Origin: Candidatus Cloacimonadota bacterium | GTDB taxonomy: Bacteria; Cloacimonadota; Cloacimonadia; Cloacimonadales; WRIO01 | Direction: 5' to 3' | DNA: 30,864 nucleotides | Assembly: GCA_029564175.1 (NCBI GenBank) | Contig: JAKQQL010000329.1 | Coordinates: 1 to 30,864, forward strand | Shown here: positions 1-8,793 of the stretch, one piece after another | Layout: the number at the start of each line of letters is the position of its first letter | Position numbering within the stretch: the first letter of the stretch is position 1 | Position numbers and translations under genes: made by a program | The notes under the pieces: model-generated | What the model saw: only the letters and a program-made list of their open reading frames with translations | Told to the model about the DNA's origin: nothing | Database searches by the model: none

Positions 1-1171
1 CATTTGCAGGAACAGAATTTATAAGAGCGCCCCGGGAACCTTCGTCATACTGGTAAAGTTGTCCCTGGGCCGGGAGAGATGTTATTACGGCAGTCTTGGG
101 ACTGGCATCTCCGCCAGTGTGAATCAGTTTTATAGTTTTATCCTGGCCCTGTTCGGTCCAGATAGTTTGCGGCACTGCAGCAAGTGGAGGTGTTGCGACA
201 GTCGAGAAGCGGCTTATCTCTGTCCATGTGAAACTGGTGTTGTTATATGAAAAAACAGTCCAGTAGTATGTTTTATCGAGAAAGAGACCGGTAACATTAT
301 GTGACAGATTTAATCCTACATCAGTATATGTTGCTGATGAGAGATCCGGATTAGTATCCAGTACAAAATAATAAGTCGAGGCGTGATCAGCTGCTGCCCA
401 TGTGAATGTGACATCTGCACCAACTTCGGCATCTTTTGCAGGACATATCAGTTCAACTGTACCCGGGTCGGGAAGGGTCAGGTTCTCAGTAAGAAAGACT
501 CCATCATAAAATGCATCAGGATTAATAGTATATGTTGTTGGGCCGGCCGGTGTAAATGATATTGCATCCTGAGAGGAGATGGCATTCGGATCATGGAATT
601 TATAAAGAGCTCCGGCACTTCCGTCAGAATTTTCAATGCCTATCGTGGCGTTTTCTCCATGCGGCCTGGGCGAGAAGGGATCAAGGATCAGCCTGTACTG
701 GATCTGGATAACATTTGTTGTTTCATACAGGATGACCATAAAAGTCCCGAATGGAGTCGGTGTGGGATCGAAACCCATTTTCTTGAATTGGATAATGCAT
801 TTCCTGCTGCCGGAGGCACCAACTGTTGTGTACATTATATTACCGACATCAAGAATTGACAGATTATCCCAGAAAGGAGCTATATAATTATTAGGTGCTG
901 CCGCAGTGGGGATAGTAGCTGAGGTGTTATACGCACCAGTTGGAGCATCGAAGAGAACCAATCCGTTTGCGCTTATGTAGAACTCGCTGTATTCGTTCCC
1001 GAAAAAGGTAAAATCAAAACCAATGCTAAACGGCCCTGCTGATCCTAGAGGAATGCTTTGCCTGAACCCGGTAGCAATTACTGTTCCCTGATAGATCTGT
1101 TCGGGAGGCTGGGCAAAAGCTCCGGAACTCCATAACACTATTGCTAATAATATTGTAAACCTGTGATTCAT
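1..1171 (-). CDS. Large secreted surface protein (signal peptide, NIDO-like N-terminal domain, Ig/cadherin-like region); runs off the left edge, probable T9SS cargo
   Basis: Not in the ORF track. Manual translation from ATG at 1171: MNHRFTILLAIVLWSSGAFAQPPEQ...GPFSIGFDFTFFGNEYSEFYISANGLVLF...APNNYIAPFWDNL...FMVILYETTNVIQIQY. The same frame reads ...TAVITSLPAQGQLYQYDEGSRGALINSVPAN at the window edge. IGFDFTFFG/ISANG/IAPFWD are NIDO-like motifs; the signal peptide ends AFA-Q. The C-terminus is outside the window. Confidence 0.8.
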   Translation of the reverse strand, partial: MNHRFTILLAIVLWSSGAFAQPPEQIYQGTVIATGFRQSIPLGSAGPFSIGFDFTFFGNEYSEFYISANGLVLFDAPTGAYNTSATIPTAAAPNNYIAPFWDNLSILDVGNIMYTTVGASGSRKCIIQFKKMGFDPTPTPFGTFMVILYETTNVIQIQYRLILDPFSPRPHGENATIGIENSDGSAGALYKFHDPNAISSQDAISFTPAGPTTYTINPDAFYDGVFLTENLTLPDPGTVELICPAKDAEVGADVTFTWAAADHASTYYFVLDTNPDLSSATYTDVGLNLSHNVTGLFLDKTYYWTVFSYNNTSFTWTEISRFSTVATPPLAAVPQTIWTEQGQDKTIKLIHTGGDASPKTAVITSLPAQGQLYQYDEGSRGALINSVPAN

Positions 1172-1417
1172 AATTTTTGGTTTATAGTCAGTTATAACAG
1201 GTACTTTAATATGATAAGACATTAATAACATCATGACAGTTGCTTCATTACCTGTTATTTAACATCCGTCCGGGATGGTATTCAGGTCAAAGCAAATGCC
1301 CTGATTGCTGGTAATTATCAATTAAGGATAAAATTAAGTAAAAAATATGAGAAGGCAGCATTATTCAAAAAAAAATGCAAATGGCATATCCTGTTCCATA
1401 AACTACTTAATGCCAAT

Positions 1418-1447
1418 AAAAAAGAGGACGTTTTCACATCCTCTTTT
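1418..1447 (-). terminator. Rho-independent terminator downstream of the 71-aa peptide gene
   Basis: Minus strand reads AAAAGAGGATG-TGAAAA-CGTCCTCTTTTTT (stem with one G-U pair, then U tract), about 30 nt after the stop at 1477. Confidence 0.75.
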
Positions 1448-1476
1448 AATATCTGGAAATATCTTGATAGTTTCTT

Positions 1477-1692
1477 CTAGCTGAACGGTTTATCCCCGAA
1501 GGGACTTTCGAACGGAGAGTCATTACCTTTAAAGGGATAATCCTCTCCCTTTTTGCTACCGCCTCTTGGAGGGGGGTTCGGAGGCATGGGTGTCATCATT
1601 ACAAGTGAGATCGAGTTATCAAGGACGATCTTTGTGATCTCAGGTTTGGTGTATGATTTCCCGGATAATTTATTCTGATCTTCAGCTTTCAA
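1477..1692 (-). CDS. Small hypothetical peptide (71 aa) with YxKPxI motif, Pro-rich middle and repeated PF C-terminus
   Basis: TTG start; KSYTKPEITKIVLDNSISLVMMT-PMPPNPPPRGG...YPFKGNDSPFESPFGDKPFS. Has its own consensus promoter upstream and a terminator downstream. Confidence 0.7.
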   Translation of the reverse strand: MKAEDQNKLSGKSYTKPEITKIVLDNSISLVMMTPMPPNPPPRGGSKKGEDYPFKGNDSPFESPFGDKPFS

Positions 1693-1717
1693 GAGAAATT
1701 ATTTTTTTAATTCTTAA

Positions 1718-1750
1718 CAAAAGTACACAATTTTATTAATAATCAACAAA
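1718..1750 (-). promoter_or_regulatory. Bacteroidota housekeeping promoter (-33 TTTG / -7 TAnnTTTG) for the small peptide gene
   Basis: Minus strand TTTG (1750-1747), 21-nt spacer, TACTTTTG (1725-1718). Confidence 0.65.
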
Positions 1751-1767
1751 TCTTATTTATAAGATTT

Positions 1768-1803
1768 AAAGGCATTACGGCTATGCATCCGGAACGCCTT
1801 TTT
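1768..1803 (-). terminator. Probable terminator hairpin after the T9SS protein gene
   Basis: Minus strand AAAGGCGTTCCGG-ATGCATAG-CCGTAATGCCTTT, an imperfect stem just after the stop at 1811; the U tract is short on this strand. Confidence 0.5.
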
Positions 1804-1810
1804 GCACACC

Positions 1811-4606
1811 TTATTTTACAAGCACCTTTCCCACATATCTCCGTACGCCCGATCTTATTTCAACAAAGTACATCCCTTTTGCTTTCGGTGCCTGCAATTG
1901 GACCAACGAGTTCCTCTGGAACTCAACATTCTGCATGTCTGCAATGCTTCTCCCTGACATATCCATCAGTCTGACCGAAGCCGGGGTGCCTGCCCATTCA
2001 TCTGTAAGAGTCAGGATGTTTATAAGATCATATCCGTTATATATTACAAACTGGTCGGGATTTACCAAAGGATCCTCAGTACCAGTTGGGTTTTTTGAGA
2101 TTTTCAGAGTGAATCTGTCGGAGATTTTCCCGGCCGGAGCAGAGAACGACAAATCAGGAGAGTCTTTAAGGTTCAGTTCGATGCCGGCAAGCTTGTCCTC
2201 AAGATAAACATAATAATTGTCCAGGCCCTGTAACTGGGTTGTTGCGATTTTATGCATGCCTGTAGAGATTACATTGACCACGACAGGGATCTCAACAGAT
2301 GTTTCAGGGAAGGGAATGCCGTTTATTGCATAATCAGTGCTGCCAAGGCGTGTATGAATTGAAGTCTTTGTATCTGTAAGGAACATTTTAATAGCATCGA
2401 AATCATTGTCGAGATCGGATTTTGCTTCCTCGTCGAATCTTACAACAGTTTCGTCATTTGATACGCTATTCTCGAATATGGCAAGTCTTACAAGAGGTAT
2501 AGGTTCATTGCCTTTATAGCGCGGGTGGATATTATCATGGGTCCTTGCAGCAGCCGGCAGGGTTATTGAATTACCCGTTGTATATGTTTTTGTAAAGAAA
2601 CCCTGCATGGGAGGAATTATGCCGGTTACATGGCCAGGGATTCCAACTCCTGCTATATATGAGCATTGTTGATTATCCTGAGTAAAATACAATCCTTTAC
2701 TTGTATTTGCCGGGTAAGCAAAATAAACACCTTCTATAATATCATCCCAGTTGAGTCCGGAAGAGAAGGGGTTTCCGAGAAGGTTGAAACCAAAACTTGT
2801 CGGCACTCCTCCTGAGAAAGAAAGAGGCATTGTTAAGTCTGAGGTGTTCAGCAGACCTCCAAATGTGAAAGTATTGTCGGAATCATCCCAGAAATTATAA
2901 CCCTTTCCGGCTGTAAGCGAAGAGAATGTAGGTCCGTCAAATGCTCCGGTTGAGTATACATACCCATCATAAGCAACCCAGCCCTGGAGTAATGAGATTG
3001 AGGGTCTGCTTTCAACATACTGAGCCAGATTGACGGTGGCGTCAGTGAAAATATCGGTTGATAAAGCAGAAACAGGGCTTGAAATATAGTGCCACTTATA
3101 ATCTTCATTGAAGGAACTGCCACCGCCTGACAGGAATAATTGGATTTCTTCAGTACCGCCGGCACCTCTGGTATAGTTATTCAGAATAAGGGAAGCAAAA
3201 CCGGAGGCATCATGATTCAGTTTAAGAGTACCGTTGTTTGTAAGGTTATTAAGAGTCAGCCTTGCTCCGGATTCTATTGTCATTTGTTTACCTGAAGCAA
3301 TAGTATAATCTTGTGATACAGATCCTACCGGATAATTAGTCAGACCTGAAGGGATAATTATATCTTCATTTCCGGATGGAACTACGCCCAAATCCCAGTT
3401 ATCGGGATTGTTCCATAAAGTTGGAGTCGAAGAATCATCACCCTGCCATATGAGTAACGAAAACATGAATTCATAAGCTCCTATGTCAGTTATTCCGTAC
3501 CTGGGATTGCCTAAAATGTCGGTAAGGGGAACATCAGGATTTGAGCTGTTATCAAGACCTTTGTTTATGCAAGGTGAATTTACTGTAAGGGACCAGTCAG
3601 AGCCATCGGTGGCAACGAAATTAGGGCCAGCTGGATGGTCGTTTATTGCATTAAGCGGGATACAATTAGTAGTGCTCCCTGAAATGGGACTTTGAATAGC
3701 ACAATTAATAAAATCTGTTGGAGAGGGCTCTTGAGGTGATGAGTAATATATAGATTTCTCCGGATTCCATATTATACAATTAATGAAAGAAGGTCTCTCT
3801 GGTAAGGTGTTGCTATAAAGAAAAATATTCTTTCCGGAAACATTGGCATTATTATCAGCTATTACACTGTTTATGACTTTAACACTACCGCAATTAGGAC
3901 CAAGGAATAAACCACCACCACCACCACCTTCAAGAGATCTGTTTTTGTAAATAAGGCAATTTGTTAAAACAGATTCAGATCCGGTATAAATATACAATCC
4001 ACCACCGGAATTATATGAGGCATTTGAGTAAATATGACAGTTATTAACTGTTGCTGAACAGTATTTTGAAATAAAGATTCCACCGCCCCATCCGGCATAA
4101 TTATTTCTGATTATTGAATTGGAAATAATCATATCAGAGAATTCAGTATGAATACCTCCTCCCCATGAGTCTTTTCTACTAATCCCAGTCCATTTGTATC
4201 CATATTCAATTATGCAGAAATTAATGATCGATGGGCCAGCCAAACCCATATCCTGAAAAGATATATGTCCCCATCTTTCTCCTTCTTCACCAAAATTGCC
4301 GTCATTATCATGGTCAGCAGTAAACCTTATCATATTTTCCGGGGTTCCATCAGCTTCCAGTTGACCTGTTCCGGTGATTATCAGATTTGCTTCTTCGGCA
4401 GTAAAAATTATAATTGCTCCCGGGCTTATTGTAAGCTTTTCATTATCAACTATAATATCGCCATTGATATATTTAGTTCCGCTCCAGGTAGCATCACCTG
4501 CAAGTGTTCCGCTCCAGGGGTTTGCGAAACTTCCATCACCAGTTAATTGGGAATAAGCGATAACAGGCAGGATGCTTAAAGTAAAGAAAAATATAAATTT
4601 TTTCAT
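1811..4606 (-). CDS. T9SS type A sorting domain protein with right-handed beta-helix (pectin-lyase-like) repeats and choice-of-anchor Q-like domain
   Basis: Likely start ATG 4606 (MKKFIFFFTLSILPVIAYSQ signal peptide) rather than 4642. Repeated GGGI/GGGL and NCxIxxN beta-helix motifs; SPCINKG...DILGNPR...DIGAYE; WHYISSPV and FNLLGNPF modules; C-terminus KGMYFVEIRSGVRRYVGKVLVK typical of T9SS CTDs. Confidence 0.85.
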   Translation of the reverse strand: MKKFIFFFTLSILPVIAYSQLTGDGSFANPWSGTLAGDATWSGTKYINGDIIVDNEKLTISPGAIIIFTAEEANLIITGTGQLEADGTPENMIRFTADHDNDGNFGEEGERWGHISFQDMGLAGPSIINFCIIEYGYKWTGISRKDSWGGGIHTEFSDMIISNSIIRNNYAGWGGGIFISKYCSATVNNCHIYSNASYNSGGGLYIYTGSESVLTNCLIYKNRSLEGGGGGGLFLGPNCGSVKVINSVIADNNANVSGKNIFLYSNTLPERPSFINCIIWNPEKSIYYSSPQEPSPTDFINCAIQSPISGSTTNCIPLNAINDHPAGPNFVATDGSDWSLTVNSPCINKGLDNSSNPDVPLTDILGNPRYGITDIGAYEFMFSLLIWQGDDSSTPTLWNNPDNWDLGVVPSGNEDIIIPSGLTNYPVGSVSQDYTIASGKQMTIESGARLTLNNLTNNGTLKLNHDASGFASLILNNYTRGAGGTEEIQLFLSGGGSSFNEDYKWHYISSPVSALSTDIFTDATVNLAQYVESRPSISLLQGWVAYDGYVYSTGAFDGPTFSSLTAGKGYNFWDDSDNTFTFGGLLNTSDLTMPLSFSGGVPTSFGFNLLGNPFSSGLNWDDIIEGVYFAYPANTSKGLYFTQDNQQCSYIAGVGIPGHVTGIIPPMQGFFTKTYTTGNSITLPAAARTHDNIHPRYKGNEPIPLVRLAIFENSVSNDETVVRFDEEAKSDLDNDFDAIKMFLTDTKTSIHTRLGSTDYAINGIPFPETSVEIPVVVNVISTGMHKIATTQLQGLDNYYVYLEDKLAGIELNLKDSPDLSFSAPAGKISDRFTLKISKNPTGTEDPLVNPDQFVIYNGYDLINILTLTDEWAGTPASVRLMDMSGRSIADMQNVEFQRNSLVQLQAPKAKGMYFVEIRSGVRRYVGKVLVK

Positions 4607-4684
4607 AGGATCTGATATTTCTTTGATATAACTACAGAACAACCAAGTTTAAGTTACTTCAGGATGTTATAAAGCAGTAAAATA

Positions 4685-4692
4685 CAAATATA
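4685..4692 (-). promoter_or_regulatory. Putative -7 promoter element for the T9SS gene
   Basis: Minus strand TATATTTG matches TAnnTTTG about 80 nt upstream of ATG 4606; no clear -33 element. Confidence 0.4.
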
Positions 4693-4780
4693 AAACTAAA
4701 TAATAAATGTCGGCAGGAAGAGGAAAAAAAATGTTGTTATTGAGCGGTGGATGCTGCATTATAAAAAACTTCATTAAACT

Positions 4781-4811
4781 TTTGCTTATTTTTTAACTTC
4801 GGGTAAATTTG
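4781..4811 (+). promoter_or_regulatory. Bacteroidota promoter upstream of the polysaccharide locus
   Basis: TTTG (4781-4784), 19-nt spacer, TAAATTTG (4804-4811), 19 nt before ATG 4831. Confidence 0.65.
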
Positions 4812-4830
4812 TTGCTTAATAACCTCAAAG

Positions 4831-5058
4831 ATGCTCTACAGCCTGATCACCTCAGAAATAGAATTAAAGTTGCTTAAGAAATTCTTTCTTAAGAGTAGTA
4901 TAAAGGCTCACCTGAGAGTTCTGAAGCTTGAGTTCGGTAAATATTCGGATGTAATAAGAGTAGGACTGAACAGATTTGAGGAAGCGGGTTTGCTTAATTT
5001 CCTATGGGAAGGAAATAAAAACGTAATAAGGACCATGCAGCAGGCCCTTATTGTGTAA
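4831..5058 (+). pseudogene. Truncated, degenerate ArsR-like winged-helix regulator (family often found before Bacteroidota polysaccharide loci)
   Basis: MLYSLITSEIELKLLKKFFLKSSIKAHLRVLKLEFG...IRVGLNRFEEAGLL...EGNK resembles the recalled family pattern ML..LITSKTR.KLL.KFF.N....YLR.L..EFGES.N.IR.ELNRFE.AGLL...EGNK. It ends after 75 aa; a +1 frame after about 5035 reads CSRPLL, like the expected ..HPLF. Confidence 0.6.
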
Positions 5059-5196
5059 TGTGTTGAAATCCAAATTAGTACATCCTTGTTGCTCTGTAAA
5101 AACCTGTGTGAGTGACGGGGCGGAAGCATGTTTATAGATCAACTATATTTATTAAAAACCAGCCGGATTTTACAGTCTTTATCACCTTTATCTTTA

Positions 5197-5204
5197 TACT
5201 TTTG
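5197..5204 (+). promoter_or_regulatory. Putative -7 promoter element for wza
   Basis: TACTTTTG, 23 nt upstream of ATG 5228. Confidence 0.45.
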
Positions 5205-5227
5205 TCTTTTATCATAATATTCGCTAA

Positions 5228-6010
5228 ATGAAAATCAATCATCTTTTTCTTATACTCTTTGTAATTATTCTGAGTGCCTGTACAAATCAGCAAAAATTAG
5301 CCTACCTGAGTAACCTTCCTGAATCTGGTGGTCCGGAAACCTTTATAATGGATATTCCTGATTACAAGATCCAACAACGCGATATACTTTATATTACAAT
5401 TAAAGCAATGACCCCTGATGGAAGTATTAACGATTTTCTTTCTCCTTTCAGCAGGACTTCAGGCACATATGTTCAGAGCGAAGCAAGTCAGTACCTTTAT
5501 GGATATGATGTTGGAAACTGCGGAGATATTTTACTGCCGGTTATTGGTGCTATAAGGGTAGCAGGATCAACACTGGAAGAAGCAAGGGTAATTATTCAGA
5601 ATGAAGCTGATAAAATTTTTAACAATTCAACAGTTGAGTGCAAACTATTAAGTTTCAAGTTTACTGTAATCGGAGAAGTTCGTACTCCCGGAACATACAT
5701 TAATTATAATAATTATTTAACTGTTCTTGAGGCTATTGGACGTGCCGGTGGCATAAATGATTACGGCAGACGGGATAAGATCCTTGTGGTTAGGCCAGTT
5801 TCAGGCGGGTCAAATACTTTTACGCTGAATCTTCAGGACAAAAATATTCTTTCAAGTGAAGCCTATTTTTTACTCCCAAATGATGTTGTTATAGTAGAAC
5901 CGGAATCCAAAAAAATATTTAATCTTAACCTTCCAACTTATTCTTTTGTGATCACTACAGTATCTGCATTGATTACAACTACCTTACTAATGATAAATTA
6001 TTTTAAATAA
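5228..6010 (+). CDS. wza: Polysaccharide export outer-membrane lipoprotein (Wza/OPX family)
   Basis: Lipobox LSAC; YKIQQRDILYI, G.ILLPVIG.I.VAG.TL.EA, VIGEVRTPG, TVLEAIGRAGG and LLPNDVVIVEP motifs; directly upstream of wzc. Confidence 0.92.
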   Translation: MKINHLFLILFVIILSACTNQQKLAYLSNLPESGGPETFIMDIPDYKIQQRDILYITIKAMTPDGSINDFLSPFSRTSGTYVQSEASQYLYGYDVGNCGDILLPVIGAIRVAGSTLEEARVIIQNEADKIFNNSTVECKLLSFKFTVIGEVRTPGTYINYNNYLTVLEAIGRAGGINDYGRRDKILVVRPVSGGSNTFTLNLQDKNILSSEAYFLLPNDVVIVEPESKKIFNLNLPTYSFVITTVSALITTTLLMINYFK

Positions 6011-6210
6011 AATCATATATAGGATATTATTGTGTTATCTTGATAAAAGTGAATATTGACTAATGTAAGTAAAGAACACAAAATATCAGACACTAACTGG
6101 CGAAGTACATTTTATTCTTAATTTCAATGATTCACCCGGAGGTGAAGCCGCTTATTGAAGGATTCCATTTCACGCTATTGTATCTGCTATTATCATTTTC
6201 TTTTGTCTTT

Positions 6211-6218
6211 TATATTTG
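6211..6218 (+). promoter_or_regulatory. Putative -7 promoter element for wzc
   Basis: TATATTTG, 21 nt upstream of ATG 6240. Confidence 0.45.
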
Positions 6219-6239
6219 TACCCTAAAAGTCATTAAACA

Positions 6240-8687
6240 ATGAATGCCTCTCTTTCAAATAATCCATATTCAAGTCAACCCGATCTTATTAATTTTGATG
6301 AGGACAGTATCGACTTCAAACGCTATATCTCACTATTAATAAGTAATTGGTACTGGTTTGCCATTGCCCTTTTAATATCCCTAAGTATAGCTTATGGGAT
6401 CAACCGTTGGTCGGAAGAGGTGTACACAGTATCTTCAACCATGTTAATAAAGGATGATCTATTCGGTGGTGGTACAGCAGATCTCTCCAATATTTTCCCG
6501 GGTAGCAGTGCATTCAGGAGTGAACAGAACCTTAAGAACGAGATCGGGATCCTCAGATCCTTTAGTTTGAATTACAAGGTGATGCAGGAACTGACCGATT
6601 TTCATATAGTTTATGTTGGAGTGGGAAAGAGAGGGATTGCGGAATCGAGAATGTATAACAATACTCCCTTCAGAGTACTATATGACTCTCTTCAAAACCA
6701 GAGGATCGGATTGCCTGTTAATGTTAAAATTTTGTCTTCAAACAATTATCAGCTTGAAATTAATGGAGATCTTAAGTTCAGTAAGACTCTCACTTTTGGA
6801 GAAAGGTTTAATGAAATGGGTTTTGATTTTTCGATTGTCCCTGCCTCTGAATCATTCACTTATGATCCTGATGCATCCAACAGGTACTACTTTTATTTTG
6901 CGAGTCCCGTAGGATTAGCTAATCAGTATCGTGGCAAACTCAATGTTTCACCAATAGAAGAGGAGGCAACGCTTGTTACACTATCAGTAAGTGGTTTTGT
7001 TCCCGGGCAGGAGGCTGATTATCTGAACAAACTGATGGAGGTATATATTCTGCAGGGTCTGGAGCTCAAGAATCAAACTGCGGAAAGGACCATTGAGTTT
7101 ATTGACGGTCAGATCGGAACTATTTCCGATTCATTGAAAATTGTGGAAAACAACCTTGAGAATTTCAGGCTTTCCAATAAACTCGTTGATTTGAGCCGTG
7201 AAGGTAATTATATACAAAACAGGCTGGAGAGTTTCGAGAATGAACGTAGTTCCCTTTTGCTTCAGAAAAAATATTACGAGTATTTAAAGGAATATGTTGA
7301 TTCCAGGAATGAGACCGGCGACATAGTGTCGCCGGGTGCAATGGGTGTTAGCAATGCTCCCCTTGAAAGGATGGTTACTGAGCTTGCAACAATGCAGCAG
7401 CAAAAGAACAAGCTGAAGCTAAATATATCAGAAGATCTTCCGGCAGTGACTTCTTTCGATAAAAGCATTATGGATGTAAAAGCTCTTATTGCAGAGAACA
7501 TAAGCAGTAGTATGATTAATCTCGATAATGCTATAAAAGAGGCAGATCATCGAATTTCATTGGTGGAGGCAGAACTTAACAGGCTTCCGGGTACGGAAAG
7601 AAGACTTATAAATATTCAAAGGAAATTTGACCTTAATAATACTGTTTACAACTATTTACTTGAAAAGAAGGCTGAAGCGGGTATAGCAAGGGCATCTACG
7701 GTTTCCGATAACAGAATAATAGATTATGCCCAGACCTTCAACTCATTACGTATTAGTCCAAAGCCAAGACAGAATTATTCCATGGCAATAATAGTTGGAT
7801 TACTGATACCGGTAATTTTAATATTACTGATTGATTATTTGAACAATAAGGTTATAGATAAGAAGGATATTGAAAAAGGCACGAAAGCTCCTGTTTTGGG
7901 TTTCATAAGTCATAACAGCCTTAAGACTGAGATCCCGGTTGTTGAAAAGCCCGGATCGACTCTTGCAGAATCCTTCCGTTCGGTCCGTACAAACCTGAAG
8001 TTTTTTATAAAGGATACAAAAAATCCTGTCATATCTGTTAGTTCTACGATTAGTTCCGAAGGAAAAACATTTATTTCTATTAATCTTGCAGCAATAATAG
8101 CATCGAACAATAATAAGGTTCTTCTGATCGGATTGGATCTGAGAAAGCCGCGAATCCATAGGATATTCGGTATTGATAATGACAACGGCATTAGTAATTA
8201 TCTGATAGGACAGGAGAAATATGAAAACATCATTTTTGAAACCGGAATAGAGAATCTCTGGTATACACCATCGGGCCCGGTTCCACCTAATCCTGCTGAA
8301 TTGATCGATTCTTCGGCCATGATCGAATTTATTGAAAAGGCAAAAAAGGAATTTGACTACATAATTCTTGATACACCTCCTGTTGCAATTGTAACTGATG
8401 CTCTTCTTCTTTCACCTTTAACGGATTTTTATCTTTTTGTCGTCCGACAGCGTTATACTACTAAAAACACTCTTGGCCTTATTGAAGAATTGTATCGTAA
8501 TGAAAACATCAAAAGTCTGGGAATTGTTATAAACGACATTAGTATTACAGGTTATTACGGTTATGGATTGAGGTACGGTTATTCTGGCGGCTATGGCTAT
8601 TCATACGGCTATAACTACTACGGACATGGATATTATGGTAGGTATGGGGCTTCTGAAAAAGTAAATGGCTATTACACAGAGGAGTAG
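6240..8687 (+). CDS. wzc: Polysaccharide co-polymerase / BY tyrosine kinase (Wzc/GumC family)
   Basis: Two TM segments flank a coiled-coil region; AESFRSVRTNL, Walker A SSTISSEGKT, LLIGLDLRKP, PPNPAEL, Walker B IILDTPP, and a C-terminal Tyr cluster. Confidence 0.95.
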   Translation: MNASLSNNPYSSQPDLINFDEDSIDFKRYISLLISNWYWFAIALLISLSIAYGINRWSEEVYTVSSTMLIKDDLFGGGTADLSNIFPGSSAFRSEQNLKNEIGILRSFSLNYKVMQELTDFHIVYVGVGKRGIAESRMYNNTPFRVLYDSLQNQRIGLPVNVKILSSNNYQLEINGDLKFSKTLTFGERFNEMGFDFSIVPASESFTYDPDASNRYYFYFASPVGLANQYRGKLNVSPIEEEATLVTLSVSGFVPGQEADYLNKLMEVYILQGLELKNQTAERTIEFIDGQIGTISDSLKIVENNLENFRLSNKLVDLSREGNYIQNRLESFENERSSLLLQKKYYEYLKEYVDSRNETGDIVSPGAMGVSNAPLERMVTELATMQQQKNKLKLNISEDLPAVTSFDKSIMDVKALIAENISSSMINLDNAIKEADHRISLVEAELNRLPGTERRLINIQRKFDLNNTVYNYLLEKKAEAGIARASTVSDNRIIDYAQTFNSLRISPKPRQNYSMAIIVGLLIPVILILLIDYLNNKVIDKKDIEKGTKAPVLGFISHNSLKTEIPVVEKPGSTLAESFRSVRTNLKFFIKDTKNPVISVSSTISSEGKTFISINLAAIIASNNNKVLLIGLDLRKPRIHRIFGIDNDNGISNYLIGQEKYENIIFETGIENLWYTPSGPVPPNPAELIDSSAMIEFIEKAKKEFDYIILDTPPVAIVTDALLLSPLTDFYLFVVRQRYTTKNTLGLIEELYRNENIKSLGIVINDISITGYYGYGLRYGYSGGYGYSYGYNYYGHGYYGRYGASEKVNGYYTEE

Positions 8688-8793
8688 ATTATATTTCATA
8701 GAAATAAAGAGTATTCAGTTTTAAATCCATATTTGCTTATACCGTATTAATTGACGGTCATAGTTAATCATGTTTACTTAATTTGACTTCAAT

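Noticed and set aside
59..887. Plus-strand ORFs 59-250, 593-859 and 636-887
   Set aside because: Antisense shadows of the long minus-strand gene (1171 to 1); no recognisable motifs.
1367..1375. Homopolymer tracts (A9 at 1367, A8 near 4724, others) as phase-variation switches
   Set aside because: Such runs are expected in AT-rich DNA, and no frameshift at these runs is visible.
1783..4556. Short ORFs overlapping the T9SS gene, and similar nested or antisense ORFs throughout the operon
   Set aside because: They overlap well-supported genes and have no independent motifs.
4607..4642. ORF-track start for the 943-aa protein
   Set aside because: The signal peptide begins at ATG 4606 (MKKFIFF); the 12-aa extension is unlikely.
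4620..5227. Invertible promoter as in Bacteroides capsule loci
   Set aside because: No convincing inverted repeats flank the promoter and no recombinase is in the window.
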